From positions 187,550,001-187,614,000 of the forward strand of contig NW_027362770.1 in the NCBI RefSeq assembly GCF_046119375.1: a stretch of DNA of 64,000 nt, in the 5' to 3' direction. Position numbers and translations under genes: made by a program. The notes beneath the pieces are model-generated. The model searched no databases, was not told the origin of the DNA, and was given only the letters and a program-made list of their open reading frames with translations. How positions within the stretch are numbered: the first letter of the stretch is position 1; each line of letters opens with the position of its first letter. The DNA is from Phyllobates terribilis (lineage: Eukaryota). Of the stretch, positions 35,401-48,350 are shown in pieces.

Positions 35401-38400
35401 AGTGAGCGCAGCTCTGGAGTATAATACAGGATGTAACTCAGGATCAGTAATGTAATGTATGTATACAGTGACTGCACCAGCAGAATAGTGAGTACAGCTC
35501 TGGGGTATAATACAGGATGTAACTCAGGATCAGTAATGTAATGTATGTACACAGTGACTGCACCAGCAGAATAGTGAGTGCAGCTCTGGAGTATAATACA
35601 GGAGGTAACTCAGGATCAGTAATGTAATGTATGTACACAGTGACTGCACCAGCAGAATAGTGAGTGCAGCTCTGGAGTATAATACAGGATGTAACTCAGG
35701 ATCAGTAATGTAATGTATGTACACAGTGACTGCACCAGCAGAATAGTGAGTGCAGCTCTGGAGTATAATACAGGAGGTAACTCAGGATCAGTAATGTAAT
35801 GTATGTACACAGTGACTGCACCAGCAGAATAGTGAGTGCAGCTCTGGAGTACAATACAGGATGTAACTCAGGATTAGTAATGTAATGTATGTACATAGTG
35901 ACTGCACCAGCAGAATAGTGAGTGCAGCTCTGGAGTATAATACAGGATGTAACTCAGGATTAGTAATGTAATGTATGTACACAGTGACTGCAGGTGCAGA
36001 ATAGTGAGTGCAGCTCTGGAGTATAATACAGGATGTAACTCCGGATCAGTAATGTAATGTATGTACACAGTGACTGCACCAGCAGAATAGTGAGTGCAGC
36101 TCTGGAGTATAATACAGGATGTAACTCGGGATCAGTAATGTAATGTATGTACACAGTGACTGCAGCGGCAGAATAGAGAGTGCAGCTCTGGAGTATAATA
36201 CAGGAGGTAACTCAGGATCAGTAATGTAATGTATGTACACAGTGACTGCACCAGCAGAATAGTGAGTGCAGCTCTGGAGTATAATACAGGAGGTAACTCA
36301 GGATCAGTAATGTATGTACACAGTGACTGCTCCAGCACAATAGTGAGTGCAGCTCTGGAGTATAATACAGGAGGTAACTCAGGATCAGTAATGTAATGTA
36401 TGTACACAGTGACTTCACCAGCAGAATAGTGAGTGCAGCTCTGGAGGATAATACAGGATGTAACTATGGATCAGTAATGTAATGTATGTACATAGTGACT
36501 GCACCAGCAGAATAGTGAGCGCAGCTCTGGAGTATAATACAGGATGTAACTCAGGATCAGTAATGTAATGTATGTACACAGTGACTGCACCAGCAGAATA
36601 GTGAGTGCAGCTCTGGAGTATAATACAGGATGTAACTCAGGATCAGTAATGTAATGTATGTACACAGTGACTCCACCAGCAGAATAGTGAGTGCAGCTCT
36701 GGGGTATAATACAGGATGTAACTCAGGATCAGTAATGTATGTACACAGTGACTGCCCCAGCAGAATAGTGAGTGCAGCTCTGGAGTATAATACATGATGT
36801 AACTCAGGATCAGTAATGTATGTACACAGTGACTGCTCCAGCAGAATAGTGAGTGCAGCTCTGGAGTATAATACAGGATGTAACTCAGGATCAGTAATGT
36901 AATGTATGTACACAGTGACTGCACCAGCAGAATAGTGAGTGCAGCTCTGGGGTATAATACAGGATGTAACTCGGGATCAGTAATGTAATGTATGTACACA
37001 GTGACTGCACCAGCAGAATAGTGAGTGCAGCTCTGGGGTATAATACAGGAGGTAACTCGGGATCAGTAATGTAATGTATGTACACAGTGACTGCACCAGC
37101 AGAATAGTGAGTGCAGCTCTGGAGTATAATACAGGATGTAACTCAGGATCAGTAATGTAATGTATGTACACAGTGACTGCACCAGCAGAATAGTGAGTGC
37201 AGCTCTGGAGTATAATACAGGATGTAACTCAGGATCAGTAATGTAATGTATGTATACAGTGACTGCACCAGCAGAATAGTGAGTGCAGCTCTGGGGTATA
37301 ATACAGGATGTAACTCAGGATCAGTAATGTATGTACACAGTGACTCCACCAGCAGAATAGTGAGTGCAGCTCTGGAGTATAATACAGGGTGTAACTCAGG
37401 ATCAGTAATGTAATGTGTGTACACAGTGACTGCACCAGGAGAATAGTGAGTGCAGCTCTGGAGTATAATACAGGATGTAACTCAGGATCAGTAATGTAAT
37501 GTATGTACACAGTGACTGCAGCGGCAGAATAGAGAGTGCAGCTCTGGAGTATAATACAGGAGGTAACTCAGGATCAGTAATGTAATGTATGTACACAGTG
37601 ACTGCACCAGGAGAATAGTGAGTGCAGCTCTGGAGTATAATACAGGATGTAACTCAGGATCAGTAATGTAATGTATGTACACAGTGACTGCACCAGCAGA
37701 ATAGTGAGTGCAGCTCTGGAGTATAATACAGGAGGTAACTCCGGATCAGTAATGTAATGTATGTACACAGTGACTGCACCAGCAGAATAGTGAGTGCAGC
37801 TCTGGAGTATAATACAGGAGGTAACTCAGGATCAGTAATGTAATGTATGTACACAGTGACTGCACCAGCAGAATAGAGATTGCAGCTCTGGAGTATAATA
37901 CAGGATGTAACTCAGGATCAGTAATGTATGTACACAGTGACTGCTCCAGCACAATAGTGAGTGCAGCTCTGGAGTATAATACAGGAGGTAACTCAGGATC
38001 AGTAATGTAATGTATGTACACAGTGACTTCACCAGCAGAATAGTGAGTGCAGCTCTGGAGGATAATACAGGATGTAACTATGGATCAGTAATGTAATGTA
38101 TGTACACAGTGACTGCACCAGCAGAATAGCGAGTGCAGCTCTGGAGTATAATACAGGATGCTACTCAGGATCAGTAATGTAATGTATGTACACAGTGACT
38201 GCACCAGCAGAATAGTGAGTGCAGCTCTGGGGTATAATACAGGAGGTAACTCAGGATCAGTAATGTAATGTATGTACACAGTGACTGCACCAGCAGAATA
38301 GTGAGTGCAGCTCTGGAGTATAATACAGGAGGTAACTCAGGATCAGTAATGTATGTACACAGTGACTGCTCCAGCACAATAGTGAGTGCAGCTCTGGAGT

Positions 38401-41400
38401 ATAATACAGGAGGTAACTCAGGATTCAGTAATGTAATGTATGTACACAGTGACTTCACCAGCAGAATAGTGAGTGCAGCTCTGGGGTATAATACAGGATG
38501 TAACTCAGGATCAGTAATGTATGTACACAGTGACTGCACCAGCAGAATAGTGAGTGCAGCTCTGGAGGATAATACAGGATGTAACTATGGATCAGTAATG
38601 TAATGTATGTACACAGTGACTGCACCAGCAGAATAGCGAGTGCAGCTCTGGAGTATAATACAGGATGCTACTCAGGATCAGTAATGTAATGTATGTACAC
38701 AGTGACTGCACCAGCAGAATGTGAGTGCAGCTCTGGGGTATATACAGGAGGTAACTCAGGATCAGTAATGTAATGTATGTACACAGGGACTGCACCAGCA
38801 GAATAGTGAGTGCAGCTCTGGAGTATAATACAGGAGGTAACTCTGGATCAGTAATGTATGTACACAGTGACTGCTCCAGCACAATAGTGAGTGCAGCTCT
38901 GGAGTATAATACAGGAGGTAACTCAGGATCAGTAATGTAATGTATGTACACAGTGACTTCACCAGCAGAATAGTGAGTGCAGCTCTGGGGTATAATACAG
39001 ATGTAACTCAGGATCAGTAATGTATGTACACAGTGACTGCACCAGCAGAATATGTGAGCGCAGCTCTGGAGGATAATACAGGATGTAACTCAGGATCAGT
39101 AATGTAATGTAAATACACAGTGACTGCACCAGCAGAATAGTGAGTGCAGCTCTGGAGTATAATACAGGATGTAACTCACGATCAGTCATGAATGTATGTA
39201 CACAGTGACTGCTCCAGCAGATAGCGAGTGCAGCTCTGAGTATAATACAGGATGCTACTCAGGATCAGTAATGTAATGTATGTACACAGTGACTGCACCA
39301 GCAGAATAGTGAGTGCAGCTCTGGGGTTTAATACAGGATGTAACTCAGGATCAGTAATGTATGTACACAGTGACTGCACCAGCAGAATAGTGAGCGCAGC
39401 TCTGGAGTATAATATAGGAAGTAACTCAGGATCAGTAATGTAATGTATACACACTATTCTGCTGGAGCAGTCACTGAGTGCAGCTCTGGAGTATAATACA
39501 GGATGTAACTCACGATCAGTCATGTAATGTATGTACACAGTGACTGCACCAGCAGAATAGTGAGCGCAGCTCTGGAGTATAATACAGGATGTAACTCAGG
39601 ATCAGTAATGTAATGTATGTACACAGTGACTGCACCAGCAGAATAGTGAGTGCAGCTCTGGAGTATAATACAGGATGTAACTCACGATCAGTCATGTAAT
39701 GTATGTACACAGTGACTGCACCAGCAGAATAGTGAGTGCTGCTCTGGAGGATAATACAGGATATGTGATGTCTCTTGTATTTTGGTGTTAGATGACTTGC
39801 GCTCTCGTTTGCGTTGCTGTTTCCGTCGTTGCTCCTGGCCGTCGCTCGGTTAACGCTGCCGCTCTCTTTCAGTTGGGGCGGGTCGTTACTTATCCTTTCT
39901 ACATCGTCTTTGCGATCTTCAGAAGACTTTTCGGGAAGCCCCCTCCGGCCATCACCTTAGAGAGCGCGGATGTGAAATACCCCCTGCGGCTGATCGATAA
40001 GGAGGTAAGTCCTGATGCCGACGGTCACTTGATCGGGATGAACGGGACAATAATTGGCTCCATCTTGATGTCTGCTCCTAGGTCATCAGCCATGACACCC
40101 GCCGCTTCCGCTTTGCGCTGCCGTCTCGTGAACACATCCTGGGTCTCCCCATCGGTAAGAATGAGGGCTGTATCGGTCACTCGAGTCGGATGTAGCTTTG
40201 GCCCCCGTCCTTTCTAACCGCCCCCGTCCCCTGTCATTCCCATCCGCCCCCGGTCTGGTGACTTCTTCTCTTTCGGTTGCTTCCAGGGCAGCACATCTAC
40301 CTGTCGGGCCCGGGTGGACGGGAACCTGGTTGTCCGCCCCTACACTCCGGTGTCCAGTGACGATGATAAGGGCTACGTGGACCTGGTGGTGAAGGTGCGT
40401 GCGCCGTCCCGTGGTCGGCTAGACGATCGGCGTCCGCCTCGTTAATCCGAGTATTTTCTTCCAGATTTATTTAAAGGCATACACCCCAAATTCCTGAGGG
40501 CGGCAAAATGTCTCAGTACCTAGAAGCCCTGAAGATCGGGGAGACCATCGACTTCAGGGGCCCAGTGGGCTGCTGACCTACAGCGGGAGGGGTAATGTCC
40601 CACCGACCGGCGGGGGAGGGGAGGGATCGGGCACGAGGGGCGATCAGGATACAATTTTTTCTTGTTCTTTAAGGAACTTTCGAGATCCGTCCTGACAAGA
40701 AATCTCCACGGTCACCAAGAAGGTTCAGCAGCTGGGACTGATCGCGGGGGGCACAGGTACTGGCGCCGGGACTACAACTCTCATCATATGAGAGGGGAGG
40801 GGTTTATGCAGATAATTCCCTGGCAGTGGATGTGATTGGCTGTCAGTCTGTGCCCCGCCCCCTGGGATCGTGATGGTGGATGATGATTGCGTCTTGTCTC
40901 CTCTGCAGGGATCACCCCCATGCTGCAGCTCATCCGCGCCGTCATGAAGGACAAAGACGACCGCACTGTCTGCTACCTGCTGTTTGCTAATCAGGTCTGT
41001 ATGATGGCCGCCATGAGGGCGGGGGCTGCTGTGACTGGTGGTGGAGCGGATACGACTCCTGTGACTGGTAGTTCGTGGGGAGGGGCTGGCGGTAGTGATG
41101 TGGGGAGGGGCTGGCGGTAGTGGATGTGGGAGGGGCTGCCGGTAGTGGATGTGGGGAGGGGCTGCGGTAGTGGATGTGGGGAGGGGCTGGCGGGTAGTGG
41201 ATGTGGGAGGGGCTGGCGGTAGTGGGATGTGGGGAGGGGCTGGCGGTAGTGGATGTGGGGAGGGGCTGGCGGTAGTAGATGTGGGGAGGGGCTGGCGGTA
41301 GTAGATGTGGGGAGGGGCTGGCGGTAGTAGATGTGGGGAGGGGCTGGCGGTAGTAAGTGTGGGGGGGGAGGGACGACTGGCGGTAGTAGGTGTGTGGGGG

Positions 41401-42998
41401 GAGGGACGACTGGCGGTAGTAGGTGTGTGGGGGGAGGGACGACTGGCGGTAGTAGGTGTGTGGGGGGAGGGACGACTGGCGGTAGTAGGTGTGTGGGGGG
41501 AGGGACGACTGGCGGTAGTAGGTGTGTGGGGGGAGGGACGAGCTGGCGGTAGTAGGTGTGGGGGGAGGGACGACTGGCGGTAGTAGGTGTGTGGGGGGGA
41601 TTGACTGGCGGTAGTAGATGTGGGGGGGGGATTGACTGGCGGTAGTAGATGTGGGGGGGGGGGATTGACTGGCGGTAGTAGATGTGGGGGGGGGGATTGA
41701 CTGGCGGTAGTAGATGTGGGGGGGGGATTGACTGGCGGTAGTAGATGTGGGGGGGGGGGATTGACTGGCGGTAGTAGATGTGGGGGGGGGGGATTGACTG
41801 GCGGTAGTAGATTGGGGGGGGGGGATTGACCTGGCGGTAGTAGATGTTGGGGGGGGGGGGATTGACTGGCGGTAGTAGATGGTTGGGGGGGGGGATTGAC
41901 TGGCGGTAGGTATGGTGGGGGGGGGATTGACTGGCGGTAGTAGATGGTGGGGGGGGGATTGACTGGCGGTAGGTAGTAGTGGTGGGGGGGGGGATTGACT
42001 GGCGGTAGTAGATGGTGGGGGGGGATTGACTGGCGGTAGTAGATGGTGGGGGGGGGATTGACTGGCGTAGTAGATGGGGGGGGGATAGGTAGATGGGGGG
42101 GGACTGGCGGTAGTAGATGGGGGGGGGGGGGGGGGGAAGATGTGCCCGTGCTACCCCCTCACTGATATACATAGATGGACTCTAGGACTATGTTTATTCC
42201 TGAACATGCAGATATTCACCTCTAGTCACATCCAGAGCTGCCCCTCCAGGTTGTGCTGCAGCTCTGGCTGTGACTGGAGTCGGCCGCTGTTCTCACTGTT
42301 CTCGCTTCTTTCAGGCGGAGAAGGACATTCTGTTACGGGAGGAGCTGGAGGAGATCCGGACCAACCACTCCGGCAGATTCAAGCTGTGTACACGCTGGAC
42401 CGGGCGCCCGAGAGTAAGAGCCTCCTCCTCAGTGACCCCCTGTGCTCTGGACACTGCAGGGACTACAGCTCCCAGCATGCACGGCCCAGCGGCTGGATAT
42501 TGGAGCATGCTGGGAGCTGTATTTTTCAGCAGCCCTGGTGTGTCCCCTGAGGTCGTGTCATTGATATGTTATACAGCTGAATGGTTTGTTACAAATGTGT
42601 TTTAGGATAACCTCATATGGATAAGGGGGGGGGAGGTGGTCAGACAAGGTGAGATGTTCTCATTCACTGACAGCAAGCAGCATCTTGAAAATGGTGATGA
42701 ATTGTAAAGCTGAGGGTTTGAGTAGTTCAGAAACTTTTTCCCAGACTCTTTTCAGAAAAGTTTTGTGTGTGATCCCCTCTGTGGCCACCAGGGGCGCCAT
42801 GCTCTCACTATATTGTCTATCTCCAGGTTGGGATTACAGCCAGGGCTTCGTCAATGAGGACATGATCCGCTCCTTTATGCCCCCACCCGGGGACGACGTG
42901 CTGATCCTGATGTGCGGACCACCCCCATGATCCAGTACGCCATTAACCCCAGCCTGGACAAGCTGAGCTACCCCCAGGACCGCAGATTTGCCTACTAG
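29458..42998 (+). CDS. cyb5r3: NADH-cytochrome b5 reductase 3 (membrane form, N-myristoylation exon MGAHIST); seven 1-nt indels, probably assembly errors
   Basis: Exons 29458-29478, 39873-40004, 40082-40154, 40287-40394, 40465-40591, 40674-40756, 40909-40994, 42315-42413, 42827-42998. Lengths equal the recalled human CYB5R3 exon sizes (21,132,73,107,130,84,86,100,173) apart from +1,-3,-1,-1,-1 nt. Motifs RPYTP, GKMSQYL, AGGTGITPMLQ, CGPPPM; MGAHIST|LGRVV matches CYB5R3 MGAQLST|LGH, not CYB5R1. Confidence 0.93.
29895..31665. repeat. C-rich minisatellite (CCTCTGTCCCCTCCGGGGTGCCCTCTTGTTCCCTCTCCCCTCTGGGGCGGTCCCGACCCTTCTC..)n in cyb5r3 intron 1
   Basis: Visible ~62-80 bp units; strong C/T strand bias; source of P/S/L-rich ORFs. 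Confidence 0.92.
32620..34315 (+). repeat. 40-bp satellite (GAGCTCACTACATACAGATTTATACAGCCACCACTAG[G/A]GG)n, about 42 copies, in cyb5r3 intron 1
   Basis: Reverse complement of 26665-27755; contains a homogeneous variant sub-array at ~33480-34280. Confidence 0.96.
34703..39762. repeat. 86-bp satellite (…GTAATGTAATGTATGTACACAGTGACTGCACCAGCAGAATAGTGAGTGCAGCTCTGGAGTATAATACAGGATGTAACTCAGGATCA…)n, about 59 copies
   Basis: Minus-strand ORFs recur at 86-bp offsets (34756, 34842, 34928...); 81-bp variants lack one GTAAT. Confidence 0.97.
41060..42135. repeat. G-rich ~25-30 bp minisatellites (GGGGCTGGCGGTAGTGGATGTGGGGA and derivatives) filling cyb5r3 intron 7
   Basis: Three successive related unit types with long G runs. 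Confidence 0.9.
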
Positions 42999-44027
42999 GC
43001 GCCATTGTGTGAGCCGAGCGCAGAGAGAACGTCTCCTCCATCCCGGCATCGTTGTGACAGGCGCGCGGACTGCTGCCGCCAGCGGGGGGCGCTACTGCTG
43101 TCAGTGACGCTGGGTATCCATAGGTGGGGGCTCTTAAAGGGGCGGGTGTTATGCACTAGGCAGGTTATAAGTTCAGTCGGCACTTGACTAAACCAAAGTA
43201 AGGACTTTGTGGTAATTGAAAGTGCCAGCTGGGAGTTGTAGTCCTACTTCTCCAATTGAGTATTCGATGTGACACTAAGGAAAGTGGAAACGCGGCGGGC
43301 GCTCGTCACAAGGTGCCTGGATCTGCTTCTGACCCCTCTACTTGCACTATCCCCCTTTTCGCCTCGTCTCTCGCCTTCGTCACCTTTCCGTGTGTACAAT
43401 GTATTTTTATTCTTCATCAAAAATACAGGAAAATACTTTGATTTCCGTCTCCCGTCTCATTATTTAATATTATTATTTTTTTTTTTTTGCAGTGCAATAC
43501 CAAATTCTGCCACCAGAGGGCACTAATACAAGATGTTTTTAACAGATATTTAGGGTGTATGGCCCTTTAAAAACAAAGTACAAAGTTTGAATTCTGGTCA
43601 ATCGTAATTAAAGGGGCGCTCCATACAGTCCCGGGTTCCCAGTGATCGGCTGTAAACTCTGGATGGATGGCTACAGCGCTTCTAATGGAAAAAGGAAGAA
43701 TTACAATTGCCATTTAAAATTAGCAGAGTAAAAGGGGGTCGTAGAGCAGAGACCACCTAAAAGAAGACTTTACTAGAAAGGTCCCTTTAATAATAATAAT
43801 GTACAGCAGTGATTCATGCTCTTGTAGTGACGGCATCAGACAATGGAGAGAAACATCGGAGCCAGAATGTAACTGGACTCAACAATAGGGTCATGTGACG
43901 CCGCGTGCACCGCACCGCAACGTGGGAGAGGCTAAAGGAGAACCAGCAAACGTGTACAAGCCCCTGCTGTACTAATACAAGCGCCAATCCTCTCCATAAA
44001 CATTTACATGAGACTGTATTCCTGTAG

Positions 44028-45015
44028 CCCCACCACTAGGGGGAGCTCCCTTGTATACAGAGATACATGATAAGATCCCTGTCTGCTGCCACCACTAGGG
44101 GGAGCTACCTGTATACAGAGATACAGGATACGATCCTGTCTGCAGCCACCACTAGGGGGAGCTCCCTGTATACAGAGATACATGAATAAGATCCTGTCTG
44201 CAGCCACCACTAGGGGGAGCTCCCTGTATACAGAGATACATGATAAGATTCTGTCTGCAGCCACCACTAGGGGGATGCTCCCTGTATACAGAGATGCATG
44301 ATAAGATCCTGTCTGCAGCCACCACTAGGGGGAGCTCCCTGTATACAGAGATACAGGATACGATCCTGTTTTCAGCCACCACTAGGGGGAGTTCTCTGTA
44401 TACAGAGATACATGATCAGATCCTGTCTGCAGCCACCACTAGGGGGAGCCCCTGTCTACAGAGATGCATGATCAGATCCTGTCTGCAGCCACCACTAGGG
44501 GGAGCTCCCTGTATACAGAGATGCATGATAAGATCCTGTCTGCAGCCACCACTAGGGGGAGCTACCTGTATACAGAGATACAGGATACGATCCTGTTGCA
44601 GCCACCACTAGGGGGATTTCCCTGTATACAGAGATGCATGATAAGATCCTGTCTGCAGCCACCACTAGGGGGAGCTCCCTGTATACAGAGATACATGATA
44701 AGATCCTGTCTGCAGCCACCACTAGGGGGATTTCCCTGTATACAGAGATGCATGATAAGATCCCTGTCTGCAGCCACCACTAGGGGGATTTCCCTGTATA
44801 CAGAGATGCATGATAAGATCCTGTCTGCAGCCACCACTAGGGGGAGCTACCTGTATACAGAGATACAGGATACGATCCATGTTTGCAGCCACCACTAGGG
44901 GGAGTTCCCTGTATACAGAGATGCATGATAAGATCCTGTCTGCAGCCTCCACTAGGGGGAGCTCCCTGTATAGAGAATGTTTGATTATAAAACAATGCAG
45001 TGAGCTCCCTCTAGT
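44028..45015 (+). repeat. ~57-bp satellite (CAGCCACCACTAGGGGGAGCTCCCTGTATACAGAGATACATGATAAGATCCTGTCTG)n
   Basis: About 17 copies; shares the CAGCCACCACTAGGGGGAGCT core with the 40-bp arrays. Confidence 0.93.
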
Positions 45016-45529
45016 GGGAGAAATACAGAACAGTCACTATAAATGCAGCAGATTGGGATCTCTGTATCAGTAAAACAAGTCTCCTGTAGATATTATGAAT
45101 TGCTGCTCATCAGACCTATAACCAGAGATGGAAATTGCTGTAACAGGATACCATCTGTGCGCCCCTATGGACAACACTTCCTAACGGTCAGTCAGAAGAT
45201 AGTGTTGGCAGGGGTGTCCGGCTGTCTTGCTATAACAATATCTGGGTGTGTAAAGCATGGAGGCCGCGGGGGTCTGGTAAAGCTCAGACATATCCTAATA
45301 TGTAATACTTTACTGATACCCAGCGACTTAGTGCAGATAGCGCCACCTTCTGTCCATATAGAGGAATGCCTACACAGGGGGGGGGGGGGGTGTTATAAGT
45401 TTCTCACAGCTGAAGGTTTGTCACAATGTATCAGTGTGTGAGCCAGCAGCAGCTGCACATCCCTCCTGTGCTGGACGTGTCGTTACAATGTATCAGTCTG
45501 GAGTCCGGTTGTGGTCAGATTCCCGGTGA

Positions 45530-46247
45530 CTATAGGAAGTTGATGTAGACTTTGCCGATGTTCCTCCGTCCGGTCCTCCGGGACATACAGGCGTCCAGCA
45601 GGTCCCGGGTGGGCAGGAAGGTGTCGGTGTCCTGGATGTACTGCTGCAGGGCGCGCTCCCCGCCGTTCTTCTTCTCCTCCTTGCTGACGCTCTCCAATAA
45701 GATCCCGCGGACGTCCTTGGGTTTTCCGGTTAATCCGAACACCATGAAGAGTCCCAGGCAGTCGGCGCCGACCAGGCGGCAGAACTCCTCCAGCTTCTCG
45801 TAGCGGCTGCGCTCCTTGGAGGAGGAGTCGGGGAGCTGCATCTCCTTCAGGGCCCCCGGTGGAAGGTGTCGGGGGCCCCTCGGCCGTCGCCGGTGAAGTC
45901 GGACATCTGCAGGGCCTGGACGGCGATCTGGAGCCGCACCGACTTGTCGGGACCCAGCAGCGTCCAGATCCAGTCCACCCGAGGAGCGCGGTCTGCTGCG
46001 CGGTCATCTTGCTGGTGCAGATCCGCTCCTCCACACCTTTCTCCACGCAGAAGGTGATGAAGTCCACTAGGAAGATGTCCGTCAGGGTGTCCGTGTGGGG
46101 ACGCAGCGTCCCATGAGGGTCCTGGAATCCCAGGTAGTGGCGGAGCTTGTGCGAGGCGTGCACCACTCCCTGGCTGAAGACCTCGCACACGACGTCCGCC
46201 TTCTCCAGCGGGGGCACGATCACCGGGGCGGACGGCGTCTGACCCAT
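45530..46247 (-). CDS. rep15: Rab15 effector protein (intronless CDS, ~239 aa after correcting two 1-nt deletions)
   Basis: Three track ORFs join into MGQTPS...VVCEVFSQGVVHASHKLRHYLGF...SKMTAQQTALLG|VDWIWT...LQIAVQALQMS...|SRYEKLEEFCRLVGADCLGLFMVFG..GKPKDVRG...GKVYINFL, matching recalled human REP15; frameshifts at ~45978-45980 and ~45851-45900; next to ppfibp1 as in human 12p11. Confidence 0.9.
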
Positions 46248-46579
46248 GGCGGTCAGATCGGAGGAGACGAGCGGAGCAGCTGTGCGCTGCCAGCGGGGAC
46301 AGACGGGGGCGGGGACGGGAGCTGCCCGAACCAGACCGACAACTTTCACACGGAGACACTTAAAGGGGCGGTTGTCATAACGGAGCAAAGTCTGACCTGA
46401 AGGCTTAGAAAAAGCGTCGGAGGTGAGACTGCAGCTCAGGACCAGCCTCTTCGGTGTAGATGCAATGCCAAACACAACCTGAGGACAAGGGGGCGCTGGT
46501 GTTTTCTTATCATATACGTTCCCTTTAAGCAGGGGTTGAATGAAAGAAGCTGTCACTTTAAAAAAAAGTGTAACGTCTC

Positions 46580-47290
46580 TCTTCTATGTCCCCGATGCCC
46601 CCCACTCCTCCCTTCTATGTGCCAGGTGCCCCCACTCCTCTCTCTTTGTGCCTGGTGCCCCCCCATTCCTCTCTTCTTTGTGCCGGGTGCCCCCCCCCAT
46701 TCCTCTCTTCTATGTGCCGGGTGCCCCCCCCCATTCCTCTCTTCTATGTGCCGGGTGCCCCCCCCATTCCTCTCTTCTATGTGGCGGGGGCCCCCCCCCC
46801 CATTCCTCTCTTCTATGTGCCGGGTGCCCCCCCATTCCTCTCTGCATTGTGCCGGGTGCCCCCCCATTCCTCTCTTCTATGTGCCGGGTGCCCCCCCCCC
46901 CCATTCCTCTCTTCTATGTGCCGGGTGCCCCCCCCCCCCCATTCCTCTCTTCTATGTGCCGGGTGCCCCCCCATTCTCTCTGCATTGTGCCGGGTGCCCC
47001 CCCCATTCCTCTCTGCATTGTGCCGGGTGCCCCCCCCATTCCTCTCTGCATTGTGCCGGGTGCCCCCCCCATTCCTCTCTGCATTGTGCCGGGTGCCCCC
47101 CCCATTCCTCTCTGCATTGTGCCCGGGTGCCCCCCCCATTCCTCTCTGCATTGTGCCGGGTGCCCCCCCATTCCTCTCTTCTATGTGCCGGGTGCCCCCA
47201 CTCCTCTCTTCTATGTGCCAGGTGCTCCCCCATTCCTATGTTCCGGGTGCCCCAATTCCTCCTCTTTATGCTGGGTGCCCCCACTCCTCT
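46580..47290. repeat. ~33-bp C-rich minisatellite (GTGCCGGGTGCCCCCCCCATTCCTCTCTTCTAT)n
   Basis: Visible period with variable C-run length. Confidence 0.9.
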
Positions 47291-47879
47291 TCTTTGGGGT
47301 GGGGGGGGGGGGTATGTACATTTCCAAAATAAACTTTAAAAAAAGAAAAAAACTTTGCAAAACAGTCCAAAATCAAACTACCGTTTTGTGTATGCAGCTC
47401 TGTTTCCATGGTTACAGACTACAATCGCTTCTGTAGTCAGGTGACTGTCGCTTCTGTCTGCAGGCTACTTGGGATAAGAGGAGGCAGAGGGAAGAGTTAC
47501 AGGGTGGGAACAGTCAGTATGCAGGCACATAAGTCTGGCTCAGAGCTGTATACACAAACGGTAAGAGGTTTTTAAGCTGAGCCATTGGTAAAGTTGCGCT
47601 ATTTGTTTTAGATACATTGTGTAGGTTGCAAAAGTCTACACGCCCTTCAGATCTACAACGGCTCAGCCGACAATGGGTTAATAGCTGCACCCGATGTCCC
47701 CAGTTCCGGTGGTCACATGACTAGTTTTAGTATCAAAGCTCCCCCCCCACCTGAAAGTAAAGACGCCCCTATAACTGCAAATCCCCAGCTGTTAGAAATT
47801 ACTTTATAATGTTTCCCACTGCTCAGGAGCACAGAGTATTTCAGGAGGAACAAATGTGCTAGTTTTGTAGGACGATGCA

Positions 47880-48350
47880 GAGTCCTCAGCAGCACAGAGT
47901 ATTTCAGGAGGAGAGTGGAATCATCTCATAGGTCGTCACAGAATGAGGGAAAAAAAAGCAGGGTCCTCAGCAGCACAGAGCATTTCAGGAGGATGCATAG
48001 TGGTAGGAGCAGGATCCTCGGCAGCACAGAGCATTTCAGGAGGATGCATAGTGGTAGGAGCAGGATCCTCGGCAGCACAGAGCATTTCAGGAGGATGCAT
48101 AGTGGTAGGAGCAGGATCCTCGGCAGCACAGAGTATTTCAGGAGGATGCATAGTGGTAGGAGCAGGATCCTCGGCAGCACAGAGTATTTCAGGAGGATGC
48201 ATAGTGGTAGGAGCAGGATCCTCGGCAGCACAGAGTATTTCAGGAGGATGCATAGTGGTAGGAGCAGGATCCTCGGCAGCACAGAGTATTTCAGGAGGAT
48301 GCATAGTGGTAGGAGCAGGATCCTCGGCAGCACAGAGTATTTCAGGAGGG
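47880..48350. repeat. 51-bp minisatellite (CAGCACAGAGTATTTCAGGAGGATGCATAGTGGTAGGAGCAGGATCCTCGG)n with dispersed CAGCACAGAGTATTTCAG copies out to ~48680
   Basis: ORFs repeat every 17 aa; about 7 clean units plus degenerate flanks. Confidence 0.9.

Noticed and set aside
34619-39710. Regularly spaced repeats and dozens of identical 64-aa ORFs, superficially CRISPR-like or a gene array
   Set aside because: Head-to-tail 86-bp satellite with no unique spacers and no cas genes; eukaryotic intronic context.
40287-46247. cyb5r3 and rep15 as pseudogenes
   Set aside because: Only 1-nt run-length indels, no nonsense substitutions, intact splice sites, and clustering next to a gap; best explained as consensus errors.
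46360-46528. TTAA-AGGG...CCCT-TTAA segments (also ~43608-43790) resembling T2/Kolobok MITEs
   Set aside because: Inverted similarity limited to about 4 nt beyond TTAA; too weak to call without a repeat library.
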